The translations under genes were made by a program, and so were the position numbers. The notes under the pieces were generated by a model. It ran no database searches and was not told the DNA's origin. It saw only the letters and a list, made by a program, of their open reading frames with translations. Of a DNA stretch of 64,000 bases, positions 50,771 through 60,936 are shown one piece after another; position 1 is the first letter of the stretch; the number at the start of each line of letters is the position of its first letter. The DNA is from Nemertoderma westbladi. Its lineage: Eukaryota > Animalia > Xenacoelomorpha. Where the stretch lies: assembly GCA_032718475.1 (NCBI GenBank), contig JAUCBJ010000021.1:1-64000 (forward strand), read 5' to 3'.

Positions 50771-50917
50771 TTTATATACCAAATTTGTGCCGCAATCAAT
50801 CGAGAAAATTCTCGATTGTTCTATAGGTTCTAACAGGTTTTTAAAGATAACTATTGGTCCAGCTAATATATAACTTGCACGACATTGGTTACAATCAAAT
50901 AACTACAGTCTCATTGG
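50771..50917 (-). promoter_or_regulatory. Putative Pol II promoter: three CCAAT boxes about 30 bp apart and TATATAAA
   Basis: ATTGG on + at 50853, 50884 and 50913; TTTATATA at 50771-50778. Motif match only. Confidence 0.55.
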
Positions 50918-51003
50918 TTAATCTAGGTACAAACAAATGCAATTTAATTTGTAGCGGTCAATTTAAATGAGTTGAAATTCTGCACAAAAAATAATTCGCA
51001 CTT

Positions 51004-51072
51004 ACTAGGATTCGAACTCAATACCTACTACACATATAATTTCCAACGCTCTACCGACTGAGCTACTGAACC
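51004..51072 (-). other. tRNA-derived A-box/B-box cassette in the C LTR (copy at 36363-36431)
   Basis: Sense GGTTCAGTAGCTCAGTCGGTAGAGCG...GAGTTCGAATCCT; intact D-stem GCTC/GAGC, degenerate anticodon and acceptor arms. Confidence 0.7.
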
Positions 51073-51851
51073 ACTTGACTAATAGGCGTACAATAGATAT
51101 AGTAAATACAAATGAGGACTCAATGCAATCTTTTACAAAGTTAATTCGAATAAAATAAAATTTTGAAAATCCACGGCATTTAGGGAATATAATTCTATAC
51201 TGTATTACTGATTTACTGGTCAGTTCATTAATCACAGAGTTGCAGACCGGTTATAGTTTTTGACCGTTATCTAGTATCAATTACATATTTGCTGTTATTC
51301 TGTATTGCGATACGGATGACGGATTGCGGATGACGAGACATTAGACGGATCCCATTTCTCAAGTACCTGATCAAGCACTGACGAAAATGTGGGAGCCCGA
51401 CAGGAGGGGACGGAGAACAAAACAAACATCGGTTGAGTATAGGAGAACGGGGGGAAGTATGGAGAGGAGGTGTTGACATGCGTAGAAGTGAGAGGAGTGC
51501 AATTCAAGCGTGGGGAGCGAGCAGTGAGAGAGGAAGAGTCCCAAGGGACCAGAGAGAGAATAAGGGACAACAGGGTCCGTGAGAGAGTTTTTGAGTAGAG
51601 TTAAAGAAAATTGTGTGGAGAGAGAGCACAATTGTCTCAAACAGAGACACCAGATACCTTGGTGCAACATAGCTCACGATTGCACCAAGGAGGGCTAGTA
51701 ATAACCCACCCAGGGGGGGTGGTCAGGAAAGCCGACCCCGAGAAAAGAACTCCACCCCACACCCAATACTAGATTGGGTTCCAGCGGAATTGAAGCGCAC
51801 TTAAGAGAGATGCTATCTTCTTACCGGGAAGATAGCATGGGGGGAGGGGAG

Positions 51852-52494
51852 TGTAAGCGGATTCAATTCCCTTCATTCTCCAGCCTAAAATGGGACCAGT
51901 GGCATTTTACCAATATAGTTGGCGATACGAGATTACCAATAATAATCTCGCCTCATAACCAACTCGGAGGGGAGGGGGGGGGGGGGGCAATACAGGCCCC
52001 AAAGCCACAGAGAGAGGGAGAACACAGCTAGTCAAGGCTAGCGGCAGGGGGACTCACAGGGAGTGCCAAAGTGACAATTAGTACATAAGCCAATAGCAGG
52101 CAGGGGAGCACGTGGATAGAGATAGGAAAGCATCCATTGGGTAGAAAAAGGCCAAGTAGAGTAAGAGGTGAAACTAATATCTATGTGTATCAATCATATA
52201 TTTATTCTGTTTTACATGATTTACTGGTCAGTTCATTAATCACAGAGTTGCAGACCGGTTATAGTTTTTGACCGTCATCTATTATCAATTACATATCTGC
52301 TGTTATTCTGTATTGCGATATCAATCACATACTAATTCTGTGATATTATCATTTGGAACATTAACATTGAGAAACACATTAAACTCTGTTATTTTCCCCA
52401 ACGGCCTTCGGCCAAAAGGACACTAGCTCAGCAGCCCAGCAGTTAGGTGACGCGTACCAAACCTTACCCGGTCGGGATCTACGATCCCGTCACA
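51852..52494 (+). repeat. Element D 3' LTR (643 bp)
   Basis: TG...CA; homologous to 34257-34651 plus 51205-51312. Confidence 0.85.
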
Positions 52495-53206
52495 TATATT
52501 ATTTAGATAATTCAATATTTTGTCGGTCGAACTCTGGATTTGTTTAACCAACTACCGTACAATATCAGTACAGTATGATCGAAGTTGCAATAAACAGATT
52601 TTCGGTTTTAATAAAACCACGAATATTTCTCCTTTGGATTTTGGTTTAAAAAATCTCCCAGCCATTTTGTAAAACTAGTTAGTATACAGTTGTGAAACTT
52701 TACAAATCAATGTTGAATTAAATTACCTATCCAAATGTGTTAAACTTAGTCGTAGTTGTTACAAATATTGATGGGCCGACGAAAAAACATTACGGGTTGA
52801 GTTTTTTTGGTAACCATATGAAGATATGTCAAATCATAATCATATGGTAGTATTATTTTGTTTTTGTTTTTAATGTTTTAAAGGATACATTTTTTTTAAA
52901 TTTTTAATGTTTTAGTTAACATGTTGTAAAGTATTGGGCAATGTTACATAAATAAATGAAATAGTATTAATAGAAATAAAAAATGTAAATAAAAATAAAG
53001 TAGATATACCATTCCTCTAATAATAATTGATGCATTGTCATGTGATCTGATTATTTAAACCAATAAGATGAAATATTATTGTTTATAATGAGATTTACCT
53101 CCCATTCCTGTGCCATCCGTCTTCAACACTATATTCATCTAAAAAATAAGTACAAATAATTCTATACAATAGTGCTAAGTTATATTTTAAATTGACAGGA
53201 TGATAT

Positions 53207-53277
53207 AAGCCGGCATAGCATTCTTAAAAATGCAGCTGCAATGCAGCATGCCGATCCTAGAAGTAGTCCTAGTAGTA
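53207..53277 (+). mobile_element. Very short 3' tail of the RTE-like LINE family
   Basis: Reverse complement of about 57575-57645 (AATGCAGCTGCAATGCAGCATGCCGATCCTAG plus AGT repeats). Confidence 0.75.
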
Positions 53278-54551
53278 TGCTACGAAAAAATAGTAAGACT
53301 ATGCATGATCTACTAGATAGACCTATCTATTATTGTAGGTCATGCAATGATTGAAAATATTAAGTGCACAATAACATAAAGCGAATCTATTTAGCAGATG
53401 TCACATATTGGATACAAAAATAAGTAATATGCTATAATTATTGTCTGTTCGAGAATGGAATATACGGATACAATACTTGAAGCAAATTAATCTGAAACTA
53501 CAGAGGCCGTATAATCCGAAGTAGTTATATCAAAATTATAAAAATTAAGATTATATACGAATATAATACTGGTTTGTTGCCCCAGCAACGTGTAAATAAA
53601 AAGCGAGAATTAATGAGAAACTGTTATAAAAAAATATGTCACTTACTTATAGGGCAACAGAATCTCACTTTGTAGTTTTTACACCTCTTTCCATTATTAT
53701 CTTGTTTGCGACAGAGGAAGCCATCGGCTGCGTTATAGAAAGCGAATGTTTGTCCGGTGCTGGCAGCTGGTCTGTTATTAGAACGAACTTGAGCCTCTAT
53801 GGAACTAAATGGAATTGGATAGCAAATTTACAAATAATAAGTATAAATAAACTATAATAATGATTTAATGGATTTGGTAATATATTATACTTAAGTATAA
53901 TATAATATTGTTGTCAAAAAGTCAAGTTAACCGGGAGCAAATTTCCAACTTTTTTCGTCTGTAATTAAAGACAATGAAAGTCTCTGAGGTTTTGGTAGTT
54001 TAGTAAAATCGATTATTAGAAAGTCTATTAAAATATTTGATAAATGTGAGTTTTAGAAAACCCTTGCCAATGTGTTGATGATAATGAAAAACTAAAGTTA
54101 TTATTGGTTACCTATTCTATAAAATGTGATAAATACTGTCCAATCAGAGATTAGGATTTATGTAAATTGTTTGCACATTCCAAAATCTCAATGATTATGC
54201 CATGTATTTTTTTTTGGTTATTATAACTGTCATTTAACCCTAACCCTATGTTATAAACTTTGAAATACATTAATTCATACAATACAATACAATTCATTAA
54301 CGGCCTTTCGTGCCTATAGCATCATTTTCCATATTCCAGTGAATTTCATAAATTATGTCTTTAGTATAGTGTACTGTATTTTGATTGAATAGTAAAAAAA
54401 TACTTTTTATTATTGAAGATGTAATAACAATTACCGGTACTGAATATGCCGTAAGAATAACTAATTGATAGCTTATAAATATTAAAGTTTATTATTATAA
54501 TAAATTGTATTTTATATTTGATAAATATTGATAATTACTCAACATTATATA

Positions 54552-54566
54552 TGGTGACCCGGACGT
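54552..54566 (+). other. tRNA-Trp-like PBS of a CsRn1-like Gypsy remnant
   Basis: TGGTGACCCGGACGT versus the tRNA-Trp complement TGGTGACCCCGACGT; CsRn1-type gag lies downstream on the same strand. Confidence 0.6.
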
Positions 54567-54971
54567 CGAACTACTGAATATATAAAAAACTTACTACAGA
54601 ACTGTGTACCTAATTGATAATTGGAATATCGGCACCGGCTGACTGGTACCGCGAAACCATAATGCCCGATTTGCACAACCAACCCACTGCTATATTAGAA
54701 GCTGAACTCTCTACCTCATTAGGTTTGTTTTAAATTGGTTCGAAGGAATAATTATAAGTGAAACATTTTAATAAACGTTTGTTTTGTATAGACCGACAGA
54801 CCGACAGATAATTATGTATCAACGTATTTAATGAATAGTAATAAATATAAGTCGTTCAACAGATGTGTGCCCTAACAGCAATGAACACCCACCACCTATC
54901 ATAGGAAAGCAATAAAGGCACGAACTACTACATGCCCCAAAATGGAACTCGCTTAACATAAGATTGACATT

Positions 54972-55965
54972 TTACATATATCTCTGAGGAACAAGCTTTT
55001 CTCTCGTACTCCTTCTTGTCTCCACAGTTTTTTGATCCAAATTGTCCTTGTTTATTACCACTGATGGGATAAACTTTTTCAAGTATCTCCGGTTGCGCCA
55101 GTATAATCGTCCTGTTTCCGACTTCACTAGATAACTTCTACCACGAGGTTTGATCTCCATAACCTCGGCGATCAGATCCCAAGTTTTCTTTTTCGTGTGT
55201 TGAACTCTAACAAATCACCAAATGAGAGTTGCACCAACTCACGAGAACCTTGATCCTACATTTCTTTGGCATTCTGTCGCAGAACTGTTGCTTTCCGATC
55301 AGCCTTTTGTACAGTATTCCTGTCAACCACATTGTACACTACAGGATGCGCAGGCAATGGTGTTCTTGTTGGTCTGCCAAATAACTTCATTGCTGGACTC
55401 ATCCCATCATTTCTTGGAGTGTTCCTATACTTTTCCCTTCTGGATATCTCTTGATGGAAAAGTTTTCTTTACCAATAGCTTCATGCTCTTCACTGCTGCT
55501 TCAGCATAACCATTGGCGATATGGCGATGAATGGTCGTGTTTGATACCCCACTTTTTGCAGAATTCACTAAACTTCCTACTTTTAAACTGTGGACCACCG
55601 TCGAAGACATCAACCATTTTCATCTCTGCGCCTGCCCTCCAAATTGTAATGTACACATAGCCATACAATTTCTCCTTTAATCTCAAGATCCTCGGCGTTT
55701 CGATTTCTTCCAGTTGCTTGTGATTCAGAATTGATACAAGTGGTTTATGATTGACCACAAGCTCAAACTGATCACCACAAAGATATCTCTGCAGTTTCTT
55801 GACAGCCCAGACCACTGCCAACAATTCTATAGCGAGTATCGTGTTTATGTTGGGGTCGCAGTTCTTGAATTCGCTCTCAACAACTTCCAAACTTGACCTG
55901 ACTCTTCTCGCCACAATGCATAACCCAACCCTGTCTTCTGGGCAGCATCCGTTTCCAATCTGAGT
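54972..55965 (-). pseudogene. Gypsy (Mag-like) pol remnant: RNase H fused by deletion to integrase C-terminal half
   Basis: LETDAA..GLGY, IELLAVVWAVKK..NHKPL, DGGPQF..FCKKWGIKH, NGYAEAAVKSMK, RNRRYL..RRSTR. Confidence 0.8.
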
Positions 55966-56001
55966 TTTGCAATTACAATTACAATTACGATTACAATTAC
56001 G

Positions 56002-56376
56002 ATGACATTACCAAACTTCTATGAAAAAGATTCAAGGATCTGGTTTGATCAAATCAAACAAATCCTCTCTAACTCATCCAAAGAAGTTATGAAATACAGT
56101 CTGCTAAGAGTCCTACCAACAAATTTAATCTTTGACAGCAGCATACATGTTTCTGATGATTTTGAAACTATAAAAACAAGTGTAATTAATTTCTTTGACG
56201 ACAGTGGGGAGCGAAGACTAAAGAAGCTGGTCCAGGATCAAGCCCTTGGCGACCACAAACCCTCCATTACCCTGAGACAACTGTTACGTTTAGCTCCGCA
56301 TAACGAAAACATATTTGAACTACGATTTTTGGAGATTTCACCCGAACCTGTTCGTTTAGCACTAATATCAATATAG
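56002..56376 (+). pseudogene. CsRn1/Kabuki-like Gypsy gag remnant
   Basis: LPNFYEKDSRIWFDQI and RLKKLVQDQALGDHKPSITLRQL match the LP.F...WF.Q and LGD.KPS motifs. Confidence 0.75.
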
Positions 56377-56724
56377 AATGATATGATAGAATCAATATGG
56401 AATTTCAACCAAACCCAAACCAGTCATACCAACCAACATACCAACCAACATACTCATACCAACCCAGTCAATGTAAACAGTGTTACAGTTCCAATCAACC
56501 ACACCTCTACCTCAAGGCCTAATCCGAACAACACAACTACAACTGGAGGCACCACTGCAGCCAATGGATACACCATGGAACTCTGGTGCAGTAATATCAC
56601 ACAGCAAATGACCAAGTTAACCCATGCCATCAATCAAGATCTTATCTACTCAAGACAAGATCACTCACAAGAATGGAGTCATAATGGTGGGAACAATCGA
56701 GAAAGATATTCTGCCTCGAGATCT

Positions 56725-57510
56725 CTACTACTACAATCAGCATGCTGCATTGCAGCTGCATTATATATATATATATATATTACATATATATAAAGAATGC
56801 TGTGCCGGCTTGTCGACAAAGTTGCACCTCCACAACTCCCTATCACCCATGAAATTTGCTAGATCATCCGCATCTTCAAGGCCAGTGTCCTTTAAGTTGC
56901 GTCTCAAGAAAGTCATGGGCTGTCCACCATGCTTATTCACTCCATGAGGCCAACAAAGCACAAGATTATACACTGGCTGGTCCTCACGGCGAAAGCAATG
57001 TGCTGCAAAGCAGAGGCTGCTTTGTTCTAGTGTCAAGCTTGGGGGAACCAATGAGACACCTCCAATGTTATATAGTGTCTGTTTGGAGATGGTTGTACTG
57101 TACTTGACACACTGAACCTGGCGAAGCATTCATGTGAATGTGCCATCTAGAGATTTTGTGTCCTCAGCAGTTAGAGCCCAGGATGAACTCCCATAGAGGA
57201 GTACTGGAACTACTGCTACTCTAAATAATCGGACCTTAAGTTTCCAATGAATTCTATGTGACTTCCAAATCCTGGAAAGCCCATTTAAGGCTGCCCATGC
57301 CTTTCCCTTACGTTTTCAGAGGTCCTCATCTGACTTCTGGATCCATGATCCCAGTTAACAGAAGTCATCCACTTTCTCAAGCATACCATCCTTTGAGCTT
57401 ATGCTCATCCAGTCAGAGACTTGCTGAAGCAGCCTGTTCTAATGAGATGAGGAGCCATTGGGTTCCCTCAAGTGATTCTGAGAGTACTCCTAAATCATCA
57501 GCAAGTCTAG
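56725..57510 (-). mobile_element. RTE-clade LINE 3' fragment, degenerate
   Basis: ADDL, VLLYG, FAAHCFR..W.P..KDTGL..M.DRELW; (TAG)n tail. Confidence 0.8.
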
Positions 57511-57570
57511 ATCGGGTAGGTACTTGGCAGGATTTCCTCAACTTCTGGTGCCAGTAGGAGAAGTCAACAA

Positions 57571-57808
57571 ACTACTACTACTACTACTACTACTAGGATC
57601 GGCATGCTGCATTGCAGCTGCATTTTTAGAATGCTGTGCCGGCTTGTCGACAAAATTGCTCCGCCACAACTCCCTATCACCCATGACATTTGCTAGATCA
57701 TCCGCATCTTCAAGGCCTTGACCTTTAAGATGCGTCTCAAGAAAGTCATGGGCTGTCCACCATGAGGCTACCAAAGCACAAGATTATGCACTGGCTGGTC
57801 CTCACGGC
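57571..57808 (-). mobile_element. Second, shorter 3' fragment of the same RTE family
   Basis: Near-copy of about 56725-56990 with a (TAG)n tail. Confidence 0.85.
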
Positions 57809-58268
57809 AAAAGACAACAAACGTCGACAAAGATAACAGCCAGATTTTTTGATAACTCTTCAATTATCCTTCTCCAAAATGGGCTCCATGGTCCCACGAC
57901 TTTTATAGAACCCATTCTGATTTCCACGGAGCAGTTTCTCAAGACTTCAAAGATCCTCTTCAGATCTTCTTTAACAGAGATGGAGATCTCGAGTTTTAGT
58001 ACTCGAGATCTCCATCAGCTCCAAGAGATTACTACCAAGCTCGTTCCAAATCACGTTCCTCCAACCCTGATGGGAAATTTTGTTGGTATCATTGGAAATT
58101 CGGTAAGAATGCTACTAAGTGTATGGTAGAAAACTGCCAGTGGGACCCAGAGATCATATATATATATATATCACACTTTTACATAGAATAACATTAATTA
58201 AACCCACTAAATTCTGAGACTAATGCTTTACCACTACACCGAAATAATCATTACTTGTACAAATTGCT

Positions 58269-59307
58269 TTATCGCTGTTTCCACAATTTAGATAACATTT
58301 TTGATGTTCTCAGTTGATGCTTTTCAGATATCAGATCCTTAATATCCATGTCTCCTAAATGACCAGTAATAGCCCAAGATCTATCATATGTTGTACATGA
58401 AAATAGAAAGTGCTCCTCAGTTTCAACACATTCTCTGGAGAGTCTGCAGATTCGATTCTCCAGCTTTTCTCCTCGATACCTTCCAACCTCTATCTCTATA
58501 GGAAGTACTCCACATCTAAACTGAACCATGCGGGATTTTTCTGATCTCTTCAAGTTTGCCTTGACATAAGTTTCTACTTTGTGGTTTTCTTTGAAAGTTT
58601 TGTAGGTTCTTAGCTTCGGTTTCATCTCAATGGCTTCTTTCCAAACATTGATATGATATTCTTCAAGGTTATTTTCCGTAACAATTTAGAGGTTTTCTTG
58701 TCTTAAAAAGTCTCAATCATGTTTATAGCCAGAAATATCACCTTGACTTTACTGATCCAGTTTGAGGCTTGATTTCCATTGTATAACAGCTGAAACACTT
58801 GGTTTGGTAGCCTATCATGCGGCACCATAATTAACTTATTCCACCACCATATAACATTCAGCACTTGGTGGTGAGAAGATGGAAGCCATCCGATCTCTCC
58901 TTCTACAGCAGGTAGTGCGGTGAAGCGGTGTAAACCAAGAAAGGTGTGTGCGTGCTGGTTTGTTCTGGACACTCAACCTTTTTGGGCTCTATAGCACCCC
59001 ACACAGCTGAACCATAGTTAATTACTGATGCCATGCGTGACTCATAGAGCTTAGTAAATGTCTCGTAGGCAAACCCACCAATCAATTTAGATTTTGAGGT
59101 CAAGGATCCCAAAGCTCTGAGTCCAGGCTTTTCTAATATTTCATGATTGTCAATGAAAGACAAGTCTTCATCGAAAATCAGGTTGAGATATCGATACGAC
59201 TCAACCACTTTAAAATGTATAGACCCAACCATGAAGTCATTGGACATCTGTTGAATTGACTTGTGATGTCTGAAGTGAACAATTTGAGATTTGTCTTTAT
59301 TGAGCAA
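58269..59307 (-). pseudogene. 5'-truncated LINE ORF2 C-terminus (RTE-X/Daphne-like)
   Basis: NKDKSQIVHF, YRYL, NYGSAVWG, KLRTYKTFK, LPIEIEVGRY..RIC..ETEEHFLFSC. Confidence 0.8.
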
Positions 59308-59681
59308 TAAAGTAAAAAATAGTACAGCAAGGTCTCAAGTTCGATCCAACCTGGACATCATTGCTGACTTGAATAATTGTTCCCAACAAAAGTTATAATA
59401 TGAAACCACTCATTCACTCAAGACACCAATAATAATTTATAAAAATACACCGGTCATATTTCTCTATGGGTGTAGCTGTCCTTCCTAAATCAGTGGTTAG
59501 AGTGTATAATTAAGCATAGTGACCATGAGGTTAATGTTAAATATACATACACTACCCTTTCATTGTAGCGTGTAGTTAAAGACGGCCAAGTTCTGTAGGG
59601 TTGAGCACAGTGGCAGCAGATTATGCAATTATGGATCAGGTATCAGTATCAGGTAGTATTTCCAGGTCCACCTTTTAACCT

Positions 59682-59790
59682 GAGCTGCTGGCTGAATGGT
59701 TGAGCGTGAGACTTCCAACCCGGAGGTCACCAAATCGATCCCACCTGGATGTCATTGCCGACTTTCAAGGCTGTGCCCAACAAAGTTATA
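59682..59790 (+). mobile_element. tRNA-derived SINE-like fragment (partial second copy at 59329-59400)
   Basis: A-box TGGCTGAATGG, degenerate B-box TCGATCC, shared CACCTGGAYRTCATTGCYGAC...CCCAACAAA body. Confidence 0.55.
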
Positions 59791-59819
59791 AATATTTTAA
59801 AATATTATATTAATTAGCC

Positions 59820-59994
59820 ACCAGAACTACTAACAATGGGTAGGGGCAATTAGTCATGTTTGTTGCAGGATCACCTAATGAACGAATATATGCCAATGTC
59901 TCATCATCATCACCAGTAATGGCACCATTAGTTGCATCAATCCAGTAGGTCCAAGCAGTACCTTCACCGTCGCAAGGTGCTGGAGGCACAGGTG
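59820..59994 (-). CDS. Probable host exon encoding a mucin/CILP-type WxxW domain
   Basis: Acceptor ttacag then PCDGEGTAWTYWIDATNGAITGDDDETLAYIRSL..NCPYP, fitting C..WT.W.D...GD.ET...IR..C..P; donor not clear. Confidence 0.6.
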
Positions 59995-60122
59995 CTGTAA
60001 ATATTAATACATTGTACATCAGAAGGCATTATATGTTTTTGTACCTTTCTTACAAAAATGTATGACAGTTGCATTCATATGGAGAAGGGGACCATATATT
60101 GCACATCACAATAACCAATAAG

Positions 60123-60443
60123 TCAATATGATAATGCTCTCCATAGCGAAAAATATCAACCGGCCCTATTGGGGCTCGAACCCGGTACCTAGGTTTCAAA
60201 CTTCTGGTTATCATCAGCCGGGTGAGTGTACTGAGCTACCAGACCGTTCAGATCCGGTCTGGTAGCTCAGTACACTCACCCGGCTGATGATAACCAGAAG
60301 TTTGAAACCTAGGTACCGGGTTCGAGCCCCAATAGGGCCGGTTGATATTTTTCGCTATGGAGAGCATTATCATATTGTCCTATTTACATTGTATATTTAA
60401 TACACCGCGTCCCTCGCCCCACAACAATTCACTTATTATTATT
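60123..60443 (+). mobile_element. Palindromic Penelope-like/SINE-like insertion
   Basis: Perfect 123-bp inverted arms 60124-60246 and 60255-60377; (TTA)n tail; 13-bp flanking direct repeat AATAACCAATAAG at 60110-60122 and 60444-60456. Confidence 0.8.
60278..60321 (+). ncRNA. Minimal type I hammerhead ribozyme motif (mirror copy at 60180-60223, -)
   Basis: ACCCGG-CTGATGA-TAACCAGAAGTTT-GAAA-CCTAGG-TA-CCGGGT: helix I, both core boxes, palindromic helix III, GUA triplet; helix II has a U-U first pair. Confidence 0.75.
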
Positions 60444-60936
60444 AATAACCAATAAGGGACTAAAATAAGTATATACCGTCCAACCCATATACTAGAAAAG
60501 CCAGCCAGCTGGCTGTAAACGAAACTGCCTAAATTTAAAATCCACATTATAGAGATTAAATAATAAAATCTGAACTGGGATCGAACAGAGTTCTTTCACA
60601 TCTTAAGTCTGGAGCTTTACTGAGTGTGCTGGTAGAGTGTAACTCACCAGAACAACAACAATAATTACATTCTTTTTGAGGGTCCCAACACACAACAACA
60701 ACTACCTTCCTCTATGAAGAGACAGTTTCGTTATCAAATTATAATCATGTAATCAATAAAAGAGCAATCTGCAATATGCTTCATTTTCCATCCTTATAGT
60801 GATGACATTTTTTTTGTTTTATAACACTATCACATCGCAATAGTTTGGTGAACAACATTAACATGTTATATGTCTACCAACACTGTCTGCATAATCCATG
60901 TCACAAGGTGGGGTAGGGACAGTTGCAGTTGTGAAG

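Larger units (their letters stand above)
34652..51199 (-). mobile_element. Element C: full-length BEL/Pao LTR retrotransposon with TA...TA termini and an extra 3' ORF
   Basis: Two 1907-bp LTRs (three substitutions seen); TSD CTGTA at 34647-34651 and 51200-51204; gag, PR, RT, RH and IN in BEL order. Confidence 0.95.
49293..51199 (-). repeat. Element C 5' LTR
   Basis: Sense TATAGAAT...TTCGAATA; repeat of 34652-36558. Confidence 0.95.
34257..52494 (+). mobile_element. Element D: internally deleted LTR element (probably Gypsy-like), 5' LTR split by element C
   Basis: LTR start TGTAAGCGG at 34257 and 51852; end CCCGTCACA at 52494; TSD TATAT at 34252-34256 and 52495-52499; PPT GGGGGGAGGGGAG before 51852; 5' LTR homology stops at 51312. 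Confidence 0.85.
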
